Shown here piece after piece: positions 27,711 through 35,835 of a DNA stretch of 49,576 nucleotides. The notes beneath the pieces are model-generated. The model saw nothing but the letters and a program-made list of their open reading frames with translations, was not told where the DNA came from and did not search any database. How positions within the stretch are numbered: position 1 is the first letter of the stretch; every line of letters begins with the position of its first letter. This DNA comes from a virus (Duplodnaviria; Caudoviricetes): positions 1-49,576 of the IMG/VR virus record IMGVR_UViG_3300027007_000029; one strand, written 5' to 3'. The position numbers and the translations under genes are program-made.

Positions 27711-27752
27711 ATCGAGGCCGGGGCGCGACTCCCGGCGGTTACGCTACTCGAT
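27711..27752 (-). ncRNA. tRNA-like element I (variant loop)
   Basis: ATCGAG/CTCGAT stem, GCCGGG-AGTCGCGC-CCCGGC arm, TTCCCC/GGGGAA hairpin. Confidence 0.45.
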
Positions 27753-27771
27753 ACCGCCTCGAATTAGTCGC

Positions 27772-29100
27772 TTAGTCCCACCGTCGAACGCCGCCCTGCC
27801 GTTCCAGCGACGCGACTTCCCGACCGTGGGTAACGACGCGGTGCCACCGCTCGCGGAGGTTAATCATCGGGTGGTCGCCCCCGGTGTGGCGAACCGTACC
27901 CCGGATGTAGCCGCCGACCACGGTCTCACCATCGTCGTCGTAGATCGGAGCGAAGTCACGCGGAACGTGCCGCCCCAGGAGCGCCGACGCCGGGCTGTGA
28001 TTGAAGCCAAACGAGAGCGGGAGAATCCGCCCGTCAAAGTAGGTCACGCCGGTATCGGTGTCTCGAATCCCGAGGCCCGCCCCAACCTTCGTCGGCTCGT
28101 AGTTGCCCGCCGGGAAGCTCGCCGGGGCCTGTTCCACGTCGTCGACGGTCTCGGTGAGAACGCCCTTAGAGAGCGGCTTGAAGATAGGGACGTCTTCTGG
28201 CTCGAAATCCTCGTCCATCGGAATGAAGAACCACTCGCCCTGCCGGATAATTTGGTTGCCCCGGCGGAGCGCCCACAGCGATGGGCGACCTTCGTAGACA
28301 CTCATCCCCTCGGCCTCGGCTTCGCGCACTTCCGCTGGAGTCAGCAGATCGAGCGCATCATCCATCACGCGAATATTCTCCATTTCCTCGGGTTCGAGGC
28401 GGAAGGCGAACCGCCCGGTGTTTTCGCGGGTCACGTTCGCCGTCTTATCCCGACCGACGACGTAGCCGAAGCCCTGGGAAAACTCGACGAGCTTCACGCC
28501 GCTTCCCGCTCGAATCCCGACAATATCTTCGAGGCGTTCGCCGCGCTGGAGGAACCCATCGAGCGAGGTGAGCGGAAGTTCGCCGTGCGCTCGGGGAGCT
28601 GGCGACACGTAGGAGTAGAATCCCACCGCCCAATCCTCGTCGTTGTTAATCACGAGACCGTTGTGGGTGCGAATCGCCGCAATCGTCCGGTGGTGCATCA
28701 GCCGCCCGGAGCCGTCGACGTTCTGCCGCCCGGTCATCGACTGCCCAGAGTTCCACATCGCCGCGTTGTCGCCCCTCGTCATTTCGTGGGCCGGGAATTG
28801 CATATCGCGCCACGCCTTCGCCACGTCGGTCTGGCTGGAGTGAACCGCCTTCCCGGTCACTTCGTAGTCGGGGTGAATCAGCTTCCATCCGTAGGCCGTC
28901 TTTGCCCACTTGCGGTCGGGCTGAATGTCATCGAGCAGGGCGATTGCGTCGCCAATTCCCTCGGGAAGTTCGGCGGCGTAGAAGGCTTCGAGGTCTTCAG
29001 CAGTCGGAAGTTCGAGGCCGGAGAGATCGAGACGGATTTCCACGTCGTTGTTGGTCTGATTGTTGTCGTTGCCGTAGCTACCGCTGGTCTGGTCGTACAT
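27772..29100 (-). CDS. Viral hypothetical protein (RQGEWFF motif)
   Basis: 442 aa, acidic; preceded by element F and CCTGAACC. Confidence 0.75.
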   Translation of the reverse strand: MYDQTSGSYGNDNNQTNNDVEIRLDLSGLELPTAEDLEAFYAAELPEGIGDAIALLDDIQPDRKWAKTAYGWKLIHPDYEVTGKAVHSSQTDVAKAWRDMQFPAHEMTRGDNAAMWNSGQSMTGRQNVDGSGRLMHHRTIAAIRTHNGLVINNDEDWAVGFYSYVSPAPRAHGELPLTSLDGFLQRGERLEDIVGIRAGSGVKLVEFSQGFGYVVGRDKTANVTRENTGRFAFRLEPEEMENIRVMDDALDLLTPAEVREAEAEGMSVYEGRPSLWALRRGNQIIRQGEWFFIPMDEDFEPEDVPIFKPLSKGVLTETVDDVEQAPASFPAGNYEPTKVGAGLGIRDTDTGVTYFDGRILPLSFGFNHSPASALLGRHVPRDFAPIYDDDGETVVGGYIRGTVRHTGGDHPMINLRERWHRVVTHGREVASLERQGGVRRWD

Positions 29101-29183
29101 TTTGGTTTTCAGGTTCAGGTTTCAGCCGGCCACCCGAAGCCGGCGCTCGGTTCTCAATCCTTCCCCCTGCTTTTTCGGGGGAT

Positions 29184-29224
29184 GCGTCGTCGGGGAGTCG
29201 AACCCCTGTATTTCCACTCGACGC
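29184..29224 (-). ncRNA. tRNA-like element F
   Basis: GCGTCG/CGACGC stem, GGGG-TTCGACT-CCCC arm, TCCCCC/GGGGGA hairpin. Confidence 0.7.
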
Positions 29225-29239
29225 TATTTGCTTAATCGC

Positions 29240-29425
29240 TCAGTCCCACTCCGGTTCCTGAATTTCCACGATGCCTATCAGCCGGTCGGCAAAGTGGAGG
29301 AAATCTTCTCGGCGTTCGTCGTCGTCCCACGTCGAGATGTATTCCCGGTAGTCTTTCAGCACCGACAACAGCAGGTTGTATTCTTGCTGGTACTCTACGT
29401 CGATTACTATTGGGTAGGATTCCAT
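29240..29425 (-). CDS. Small acidic protein
   Basis: 61 aa. Confidence 0.55.
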   Translation of the reverse strand: MESYPIVIDVEYQQEYNLLLSVLKDYREYISTWDDDERREDFLHFADRLIGIVEIQEPEWD

Positions 29426-29480
29426 CTTAGGATTCTCTATCAGTAGGAGACTCTAATGAGGAGACTCCGTGGTAGGAGAG

Positions 29481-29519
29481 ACCTTCCGCCCTATTACAGG
29501 AGGAGAGTATTCTCCTATA
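29481..29519 (+). repeat. 39-bp dispersed repeat, copy 2
   Basis: 38/39 identical to 22106-22144. Confidence 0.9.
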
Positions 29520-29537
29520 TACTATACAGCTATACTA

Positions 29538-29693
29538 CTACAACGCCGAATTGAGCGAGATTAATTCGCCCTCGTAAATCAGGTACGCCGTTGCGGGACG
29601 AGCGCTGTCGTATAGAATCGTTTTCTCGTTCGTCAACGGCTTCGAGCTGATCGGCGTCGGTTCATCAGTTGGATTGTCGGGATTAGGTTGCAT
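29538..29693 (-). CDS. 51-aa hypothetical protein (not in ORF track)
   Basis: MQPNPDNPTDEP...ILYDSARPATAYLIYEG; overlaps the upstream gene end. Confidence 0.5.
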   Translation of the reverse strand: MQPNPDNPTDEPTPISSKPLTNEKTILYDSARPATAYLIYEGELISLNSAL

Positions 29694-29925
29694 TGTCGCT
29701 TTCTCCGAGGTACATCGCTGAACGCCCGTCTTTCAGGGAATAGATTTGCCAGACATAGATCGCCCCCCGAGAATCTTTGACTCGCTCCATCAGGGAGAAC
29801 GGCATATCCGCATACTCCCCTTCAACGAGGAGGAGATTCTTGTAGCGGTCGTCGTATTCCATCCGGCGAATCCGCGAGCTGTCCTCGAAGGATTCAACCA
29901 GCTCATTGAGGAGTTTGCGCCCCAT
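29683..29925 (-). CDS. Hypothetical protein
   Basis: TGATG coupling. Confidence 0.6.
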   Translation of the reverse strand: MGRKLLNELVESFEDSSRIRRMEYDDRYKNLLLVEGEYADMPFSLMERVKDSRGAIYVWQIYSLKDGRSAMYLGESDNAT

Positions 29926-30314
29926 CAGATCATCACCTCAGCGTCGTCGTCGAGATCGGGGAAATCCAGCCGGACTTGAATCGTTCCGGTGTCTTCGTGG
30001 AAGTAGCGAATGAACAGATCGCCCACCGTGAATCCGGTCTCAGCGGCGGCGGCGAGGAAGTGGAACGCCGACGTATTTCGCCCGTTGAGATACAGGTGAA
30101 TCCGAGCGTTGTGATCGTTCTCGGGATTGCACAGCATTACCGCTCCCTGATCGGCGTATTCCGCGCCGTCGTCGGGGGTGATCGGGTTGACCGTATCCTC
30201 GAATTGATCGAGAACAGTCACATCGAGGTCGCGGTTGTCGAAAGCTTCCAGAAGGTTCCAGAAGATTTGTCGTCGCGTCTTTTCGCCGTCGTTCATCGTG
30301 GTCGTGGTCGTCAT
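29925..30314 (-). CDS. Hypothetical protein
   Basis: Acidic; CCTGAACCC upstream. Confidence 0.7.
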   Translation of the reverse strand: MTTTTTMNDGEKTRRQIFWNLLEAFDNRDLDVTVLDQFEDTVNPITPDDGAEYADQGAVMLCNPENDHNARIHLYLNGRNTSAFHFLAAAAETGFTVGDLFIRYFHEDTGTIQVRLDFPDLDDDAEVMI

Positions 30315-30357
30315 TTTTGGGTTCAGGTTTCGGTGTTGGTCGTGATTTCAGCTCGAT

Positions 30358-30738
30358 TCAGTAGTCGTCGAACAGCTCGAAGTCCTCGATCTCCTCGGAG
30401 TCCTGAATTTCCTCAACGTGGAGGCCGATTTCAACCTCGGGGAAATCCATCAGGCCGACAGAGCCGTGAACAAACGAGGCGTCGGTCACGATCTCCTCGA
30501 TTGAGAGACCCTGATCTCGGAGGTACGCGATTGTCCCCGGCAATTCACAGTCCGGTAGGCCGTCGACGCCGAAGGATTCAGCCCAATTCGAGGCGTCGTA
30601 TTCCAGAACGCGCCGGGCAAATTCGGAATCGGTAGCCACCAGCTCGAAGAAGTCGCGGGCGGTGAGCGTCCCGCCGAAGATTTCAGAGGAGTATTCAGCC
30701 GTCGGTTCCACAGGTTCGGTGGTAGGCTCGGTTGCCAT
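30358..30738 (-). CDS. Very acidic hypothetical protein
   Basis: 126 aa, D/E-rich; follows element G. Confidence 0.7.
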   Translation of the reverse strand: MATEPTTEPVEPTAEYSSEIFGGTLTARDFFELVATDSEFARRVLEYDASNWAESFGVDGLPDCELPGTIAYLRDQGLSIEEIVTDASFVHGSVGLMDFPEVEIGLHVEEIQDSEEIEDFELFDDY

Positions 30739-30767
30739 CTTCTATTCCTTCCCCCATTTGGGGGAGG

Positions 30768-30828
30768 CCCCGCGGCGGGAGTCGAACCCGCCGAGTTACA
30801 ACCGGCTCCTGATATTTCGGAACCGGGG
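30768..30828 (-). ncRNA. tRNA-like element G
   Basis: GGCGGG-TTCGACT-CCCGCC arm inside CCCCG/CGGGG, then TCCCCC/GGGGGA hairpin. Confidence 0.6.
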
Positions 30829-30912
30829 AGTTCCTTTCGGGGCAGAGTTTCCTTTCGGGCACTCAACCAATCACAAACGTCGACCGAAGTCGCTGGCCTG
30901 ATTTCAGGCCAA

Positions 30913-30954
30913 GCCCCGACCGGGGTGTGAATCCCGGCGGTCACTTATCGGGGC
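30913..30954 (-). ncRNA. tRNA-like element J (variant loop)
   Basis: GCCCCGA/TCGGGGC stem, CCGGG-ATTCACAC-CCCGG arm, then GGCCTGA/TCAGGCC hairpin. Confidence 0.5.
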
Positions 30955-30978
30955 AAAATCCGGTGGAAGCGCGGTTGT

Positions 30979-31128
30979 CTATCGGAGCCAGCCCGGATCG
31001 GAATGGGCTTTGTCCTGCTTGTCGTAGAACGCTTCCGCGATTGCCAGCTCAGCCTCGTGCTGGAGGGTCCACGTCATTTCTTCGCCGTAAATCGCCTTCG
31101 CGTCAGCCGCTTCAATTTCGTAGCTCAT
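30979..31128 (-). CDS. 49-aa acidic protein (not in ORF track)
   Basis: MSYEIEAADAKAIYGEEMTW...; CCTGAACCC at 31137-31145. Confidence 0.6.
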   Translation of the reverse strand: MSYEIEAADAKAIYGEEMTWTLQHEAELAIAEAFYDKQDKAHSDPGWLR

Positions 31129-31177
31129 TGGTCTAAGGGTTCAGGTGTATCGTTGATCGTTGGTTGTCGGTCGGTTC

Positions 31178-31987
31178 TTATTCGAGGTTCTTCAGGGCTT
31201 CAGCGGCCATCTTGATCGCTTCGGCGGCGGCGCTGATCGCCTCGGCCTTCGCCATTTCGGCGTCGGTGGTTCCGGTGGTCGTGTCGGTCGTCTTGGGTTC
31301 AGAGGTAGGTTCGGGTTCCGGTTCCGGCTCAGGTTCCGCGAACATCATTTCGTCGGTCTCGATTTCGGCCTGCTGTTGGTGGCGGAGGCAGAAGCCGTGG
31401 TCTTTGGCTTCGGCGGTGCAGGGTGCGCCGGCCTTCTTGCCTGATAGGTACAAGCCGTTGCAGGTGTCGGCGGGTTCCGGTTCGGGTTCGGCGACGGGTT
31501 CCGCCGGAGTTTCACCGAGGATTTCGTCTTTCAGGAGCTTTGGCAGTTTGAAGTCAGCCCCGACGAACAGCCGGTCGGAGTATTGATCCGTGATTCCGAG
31601 CGCCCTGATTTCGTCGTCGGTGATTTCGCGGGCTTTGATCGTCGTCGGGACGGGGTGGGCCAACTTGTAGGTCCGAAGGTCACCCTGATTCAGCGCCCTG
31701 AAGTCGTCTTGGATTTCGCGCTTTGCCCGCCGGGTTCGCATCGCCAGCCGTCCGACTTGCTGTTTCGCGCCCTTTCCGTCGACCGACTTCGCCAGCCGGT
31801 TTAGGAGCCACTCAGTACCGCACACGACATTGTATGCGTCGCCAGCCGAGACAGGTTCGGGGAATTTGGCCCGAGCGTTTTTGAGCTGGATTTCTTCGCG
31901 GGTTTGTTCGTCGTGGATGGTCGGGGAAGTCGCGGGTTCGGTGTTCTCAGGTGATTCAACAGCCAGCAGGGTGTCGTATTTGCTCAT
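31178..31987 (-). CDS. First early gene: protein with a CCCH zinc finger and PE-rich linkers
   Basis: CNG...GAPC...FCLRH; start moved to MSKYD because the longer frame runs through element H. Confidence 0.7.
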   Translation of the reverse strand: MSKYDTLLAVESPENTEPATSPTIHDEQTREEIQLKNARAKFPEPVSAGDAYNVVCGTEWLLNRLAKSVDGKGAKQQVGRLAMRTRRAKREIQDDFRALNQGDLRTYKLAHPVPTTIKAREITDDEIRALGITDQYSDRLFVGADFKLPKLLKDEILGETPAEPVAEPEPEPADTCNGLYLSGKKAGAPCTAEAKDHGFCLRHQQQAEIETDEMMFAEPEPEPEPEPTSEPKTTDTTTGTTDAEMAKAEAISAAAEAIKMAAEALKNLE

Positions 31988-32052
31988 AGCAGTCACTTTT
32001 GGGTGGTCGTTCGGTCGGTACGTCGGTCGTTTCCCCTGATTTTTCGGGGAAG

Positions 32053-32094
32053 GCCCGCCGGGGGAATTGAACCCCCGCAAGTCCAAACGCGGGC
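32053..32094 (-). ncRNA. tRNA-like element H
   Basis: GCCCGC/GCGGGC stem, CGGGGG-TTCAATT-CCCCCG arm, TTCCCC/GGGGAA hairpin. Confidence 0.7.
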
Positions 32095-32660
32095 TTATCC
32101 AGCCAGTCTCGAATTGGGATATGTGGTCGTCAAAGGCATATCCCACCGGGGCGCGGCGCTTTGATTATAGCGGTTCGCTAATCGCGGGTTTAGCTTCGCG
32201 TTAGGCTTTACGTCGCGTGGTACACTTCCCGTCGCCCGTTCGACTTCCCCGGTTTCTACCCGGTTTCACGTCGCGGCGCTTTTTGGGAATCACTCACGCG
32301 CCCGGTGGTCGATCCCACCGTCGCCCGTCCTAATGCTGATTTAACTCACTTCCGGGGGCTTTGTATCGCCCGTCCGGTCGCAAGAAATCGCCCGCTTTGG
32401 CGTATGTAGGCTCGGCGTATTCCAGCCGTTTTGTCCCTGAAATCCCCGACGCCCGTTGCGCCGATCCTTTCAGGCTTACTTCCCCGCCCGTCCTACGCGG
32501 GGGTTTTCTTTGGGGGGCTTTTCACCCCAAAGGTCACTCCGATTTGCCCGGTCGTCGTCGGGGGTGCCACCCCCGCCCGAGTTTCCCGAGCAACCGTTCT
32601 CCCGCGGGGGCCTCGTCCGGTAAAGTCAACCGTTGCCCCCGAGGGGATAGCTGAACAGAT

Positions 32661-32680
32661 GTTGGAAGATAATATAAACG
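32661..32680 (-). promoter_or_regulatory. Leftward early promoter
   Basis: TTTATA followed by TTCCAAC, as at 20631-20650. Confidence 0.6.
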
Positions 32681-32761
32681 TTGTGGTAGTCTGCAATCCT
32701 GACACTTGGGGGTGCAAAGAAGCTGAATACGGCAGTTTGGAGCTTTGTCGCACTTACTGAT

Positions 32762-33335
32762 GGGGTTACGGTAAGATTCGACTTAGCATTAGTTGCAGTC
32801 TAAGTCAATGATGTAACAAAGGGGTTGTGGTCGGACTGGAGGAGAGTGATGGAAAGGCCGTACAAAGTCGGAGACGGCGGGTTCCGCCGGAATCTGGGTT
32901 TGTGGGATACAGTCGAAAGGCCCGGCGGGGCTGAATCCGGGGGATAAGGGCTTTATACAGTCGTTTTAGTGGTTGTGAGATACAGCTATATAGGTGGCTA
33001 AGTGTAAGTGAACGGTGGGAAACGCTGTCGACGGGGGTTTGACTTGCCTTTCCTCTCAATTGACGGGCTTTTAGAATCCTCGAAACCTGATTCTATGGAC
33101 GGTCTTTCACCTCTGATCCCACCGACTTACCGTAACCCCGAAATCCCTGCAACAAACGACTTGCTTCCAGCTCGAATCCGATTGCGGTAATCCGGCGGAA
33201 GCCCGCCGAAAAGGGGTTTCACGCTTTCTGCTACTGGGTTACGGTTAGTCGTCGACGGGTTACGCTAACGGTCGAGGAGGCTGGATAGAAGGGGGTGGAT
33301 ACCGGGGTGGTCGACGGATACGAGGAAGGGTTACG
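32762..33335. repeat. GGGTTACG repeat cluster including a 14-bp inverted pair
   Basis: GGGGTTACGGTAAG 32762-32775 vs its reverse complement 33126-33139; further GGGTTACG at 33236, 33257, 33328. Confidence 0.75.
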
Positions 33336-33475
33336 ACACCGATCCCTGCTCGCACGCGGGAAGGATACGTTAGCCGCTCACAGGATTTCAGAAATTTCGG
33401 AACCCGTTATCTGTTCTTTCTATCATCCTTCCATTTCTATCGCCCTCTGCTGGTTTACGCACCTCGCGCCCGCGC

Positions 33476-33540
33476 ACGCAATGCGTTAACGCGCAAAACG
33501 CGTAATGCGTACACGCAATTACGTATACGCAATGCGCGTA
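33476..33540. promoter_or_regulatory. ACGCAAT/ATGCGT palindromic cluster upstream of the TATA box at ~33572
   Basis: acgcaatgcgt, acgcgtaatgcgt, acgcaattacgt, acgcaatgcgcgt. Confidence 0.5.
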
Positions 33541-33604
33541 AATTGGCGTTTCAGGGGCTCTAACCCCAAGATTTATATTTCTATGTCAATAAAGTAGAAT
33601 TAGA

Positions 33605-34075
33605 ATGGCTACCAATGAGATCCGAGTAAGTAGTGCGAAGAACCGGCGTTCCAATCAAGCGATAGCGGGCAGATTAGAGAATCAAGATCGAGGCTCTGTG
33701 GATCGGGACAGGTCGATACTGCCCATCACAGATCACGCTCGTATGCGATGGGCAGAGCGAGCTTCTGATGCAGAATCAGATATTGAGACAGCATTGGTCC
33801 GATCCATCCCAGTTGACGCTCCCCAGAGAGAGTGTGATAGCGCCCGGCTGTACGCACCGTGTGATGTGGTGTTCAGGGTTCAAGATGGGAAAATTACCAG
33901 CGTGTGGCCAGCCAATTATGACACTCTCGCTACTGATGATCTCGGGCGGTGTGAGAAATGTGAAAATCTCGAACGGTTCACCGGAGTTGAACAAATTTGT
34001 CGCTGGTGCAGAAGTCACGCGGCAACTATAGAAATGGCGAATGGAGTAACAGTACGGTTCAATGGGGAGAAGTAG
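33605..34075 (+). CDS. Possible BECR/RelE-like RNase-fold protein with C-terminal zinc ribbon
   Basis: ITDHARMRWAER helix, VVFRVQDGKITSVW strands, CEKC...CRWC. Confidence 0.55.
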   Translation: MATNEIRVSSAKNRRSNQAIAGRLENQDRGSVDRDRSILPITDHARMRWAERASDAESDIETALVRSIPVDAPQRECDSARLYAPCDVVFRVQDGKITSVWPANYDTLATDDLGRCEKCENLERFTGVEQICRWCRSHAATIEMANGVTVRFNGEK

Positions 34076-34076
34076 C

Positions 34077-34388
34077 ATGGCGTTTACTGTTCCAGTAAAG
34101 GACCTGGCAGAGGTCAAGCCGACCGGGAATTACGTTGTTGTGAAGGCGTGGGTGAATCATATACGAGATCTCAATTCTCCTGTTCCCTATCAGAAGGGAA
34201 TTCTTGGGGATGACTCCTCGTGGAATATTGAGCCGAGAAAATTCGTCGTATACGACTCTGATTTGCGACTCGAAAAAGGGAACAAGTATCGAATCTTCGG
34301 GCGGGAGCGAGGGTACGAAGATCTGGATGAGATTCAGATTGAAATTGGCGACGCCGACCACGTTACTTTACTCTACGAAGGAAAATAG
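34077..34388 (+). CDS. Single OB-fold (RPA-like) protein
   Basis: VVVKAWV...QKGILGDDS...FVVY...LEKGNKYRI...Y...IEI matches the haloarchaeal RPA OB-fold pattern. Confidence 0.6.
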   Translation: MAFTVPVKDLAEVKPTGNYVVVKAWVNHIRDLNSPVPYQKGILGDDSSWNIEPRKFVVYDSDLRLEKGNKYRIFGRERGYEDLDEIQIEIGDADHVTLLYEGK

Positions 34389-35043
34389 GTGCTTGGAAAT
34401 TTCTATAGTTGCAGAATTTGACAATATTGTTCGGCTGCGCGTGAGATCGGATTTTGGCGTCGGGTCGAAAACTGCTATATAAACTTGACTATTTTCAGCA
34501 CTTCAGATACCGATAATAAGCTATTTAGTATATAAAGGCGGCTGAGATATATAAACCGTTGTGTATTAGTAGGGGTAGGAGTGAAGAAGTTGGCCCTCCG
34601 GGTTAACACCTCGACTCCACTCCCCTCTGACCTTTCCTAAATCGCCGTGATCGAGTTCCTCCATTAGTTGAGATAAAACCGTTACCGGATTTAGGAGACA
34701 GACTTTGAGCTGACACAAGTCGGGTCAGAGAACGCGAGTAACTGTGAGGCGCTTCCGCCTTAATCTCCTACAATACTCTCCTAAAGAGTGTTCTCGGATT
34801 AGAGTGGAAGCTCCGAGTTCTACCTATCGTAAGTCAGCCCTATATTATAGGTAGAAGGTTCGTCGACCGGCTATTCTTTTTGCTGATCGAGCTGTTGCTC
34901 GCGGTCTCTTTCACCTCTCTTTCTCACATTTTGCGGTCTCGGTTTCGGTTCTCTGGTCTAATCTGGTTCACTCTGGCGCTCTCTGCGCCCTCTCTGGTCT
35001 CACATTCAATCAACCGCCGTTGAGCGGTTTTTCACTACTCAAT

Positions 35044-35478
35044 ATGGCTACTACGACTTACAATAACTTCAAGCAACTTCTGCTGAACGGCGGGATCGAC
35101 CTCGACACGGACACAATTCGCGCTCTAATCATCGACGATTCTGTTTCCTACACGCCGGACATTGACAACGACGTTTACGTTGACGACGTGACTGTGGCGG
35201 CCAGCGAAATGAGCGGGACGGGCTACACGCGCAAGACGCTCAACGTCACCATTTCTACGGACAACGCGAATGATCGTGGCGTTGCCGACGCTGACGACCT
35301 GAGTTACACCGGCCTCGACGCCGGCACGATCCAGGGCGTGCTGATCTACAAAGAGGTTAGCACTGATTCGGACTCGCCTCTTATTGGCTGGTACGAGTCG
35401 TCCGATTTCCCGCTCCCGACGAACGGGGGCGACGTTACGCTCACCATCAACGCGGCTGGCCTGCTGACTCTCGGGTGA
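35044..35478 (+). CDS. Virion structural protein (fibre-associated)
   Basis: GYTRKTL and NGGDVTLTINAAGLLTL pattern common in phage structural proteins. Confidence 0.65.
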   Translation: MATTTYNNFKQLLLNGGIDLDTDTIRALIIDDSVSYTPDIDNDVYVDDVTVAASEMSGTGYTRKTLNVTISTDNANDRGVADADDLSYTGLDAGTIQGVLIYKEVSTDSDSPLIGWYESSDFPLPTNGGDVTLTINAAGLLTLG

Positions 35479-35482
35479 GTAA

Positions 35483-35827
35483 ATGGCTTCTCGTCTTTTC
35501 GTTCTACCCGAGGAAGGAACCGGAACGGAAAGCGACCCGTTCCGTCCGAAGTATCTCTACGACAACAGCACTCCACCTGCGTTACGACCGGAAGTAACCA
35601 AGTTCTACGGCGGCGAGGCGTTCGAGAAGGCGGGACAGGATTGGCACACGGTTCGTGTGTTCTCTGACGACCCGGCAAATCTCGATTGGCTTGAGTCACA
35701 ACCCGACGTGTACGACATTGATTTGTCCGTCCTCGTCTCTGCACTGAATAGCTCTCCGCTGTTCCCGGTTGACCTTACCCCGCGAGAGTGGGCGCTGTTG
35801 TTCTCGAAAATCCTGATGCGGCCCTAA
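35483..35827 (+). CDS. Hypothetical protein
   Basis: 114 aa in the late operon. Confidence 0.65.
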   Translation: MASRLFVLPEEGTGTESDPFRPKYLYDNSTPPALRPEVTKFYGGEAFEKAGQDWHTVRVFSDDPANLDWLESQPDVYDIDLSVLVSALNSSPLFPVDLTPREWALLFSKILMRP

Positions 35828-35835
35828 TCTGACAA

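Noticed and set aside
27691-29235. 514-aa plus-strand ORF
   Set aside because: Antisense shadow of 27772-29100; Arg/Val/His-rich, typical of GC-rich reverse frames
20272-32094. Bona fide tRNA genes suggested by GGTTCGA(T/C)TCC T-loops
   Set aside because: Elements are only ~41-60 nt, lack D and anticodon arms and have no CCA; reported as tRNA-like elements instead
20272-32094. T-arm sequences as attP/att sites (tRNA 3' halves)
   Set aside because: Too many copies, mutually dissimilar in sequence, far from the integrase, and each closed by its own 5' stem
32361-33489. Short ORFs in the divergence region
   Set aside because: Basic or Pro-rich, non-halophilic composition, mostly non-ATG starts; region better explained as non-coding
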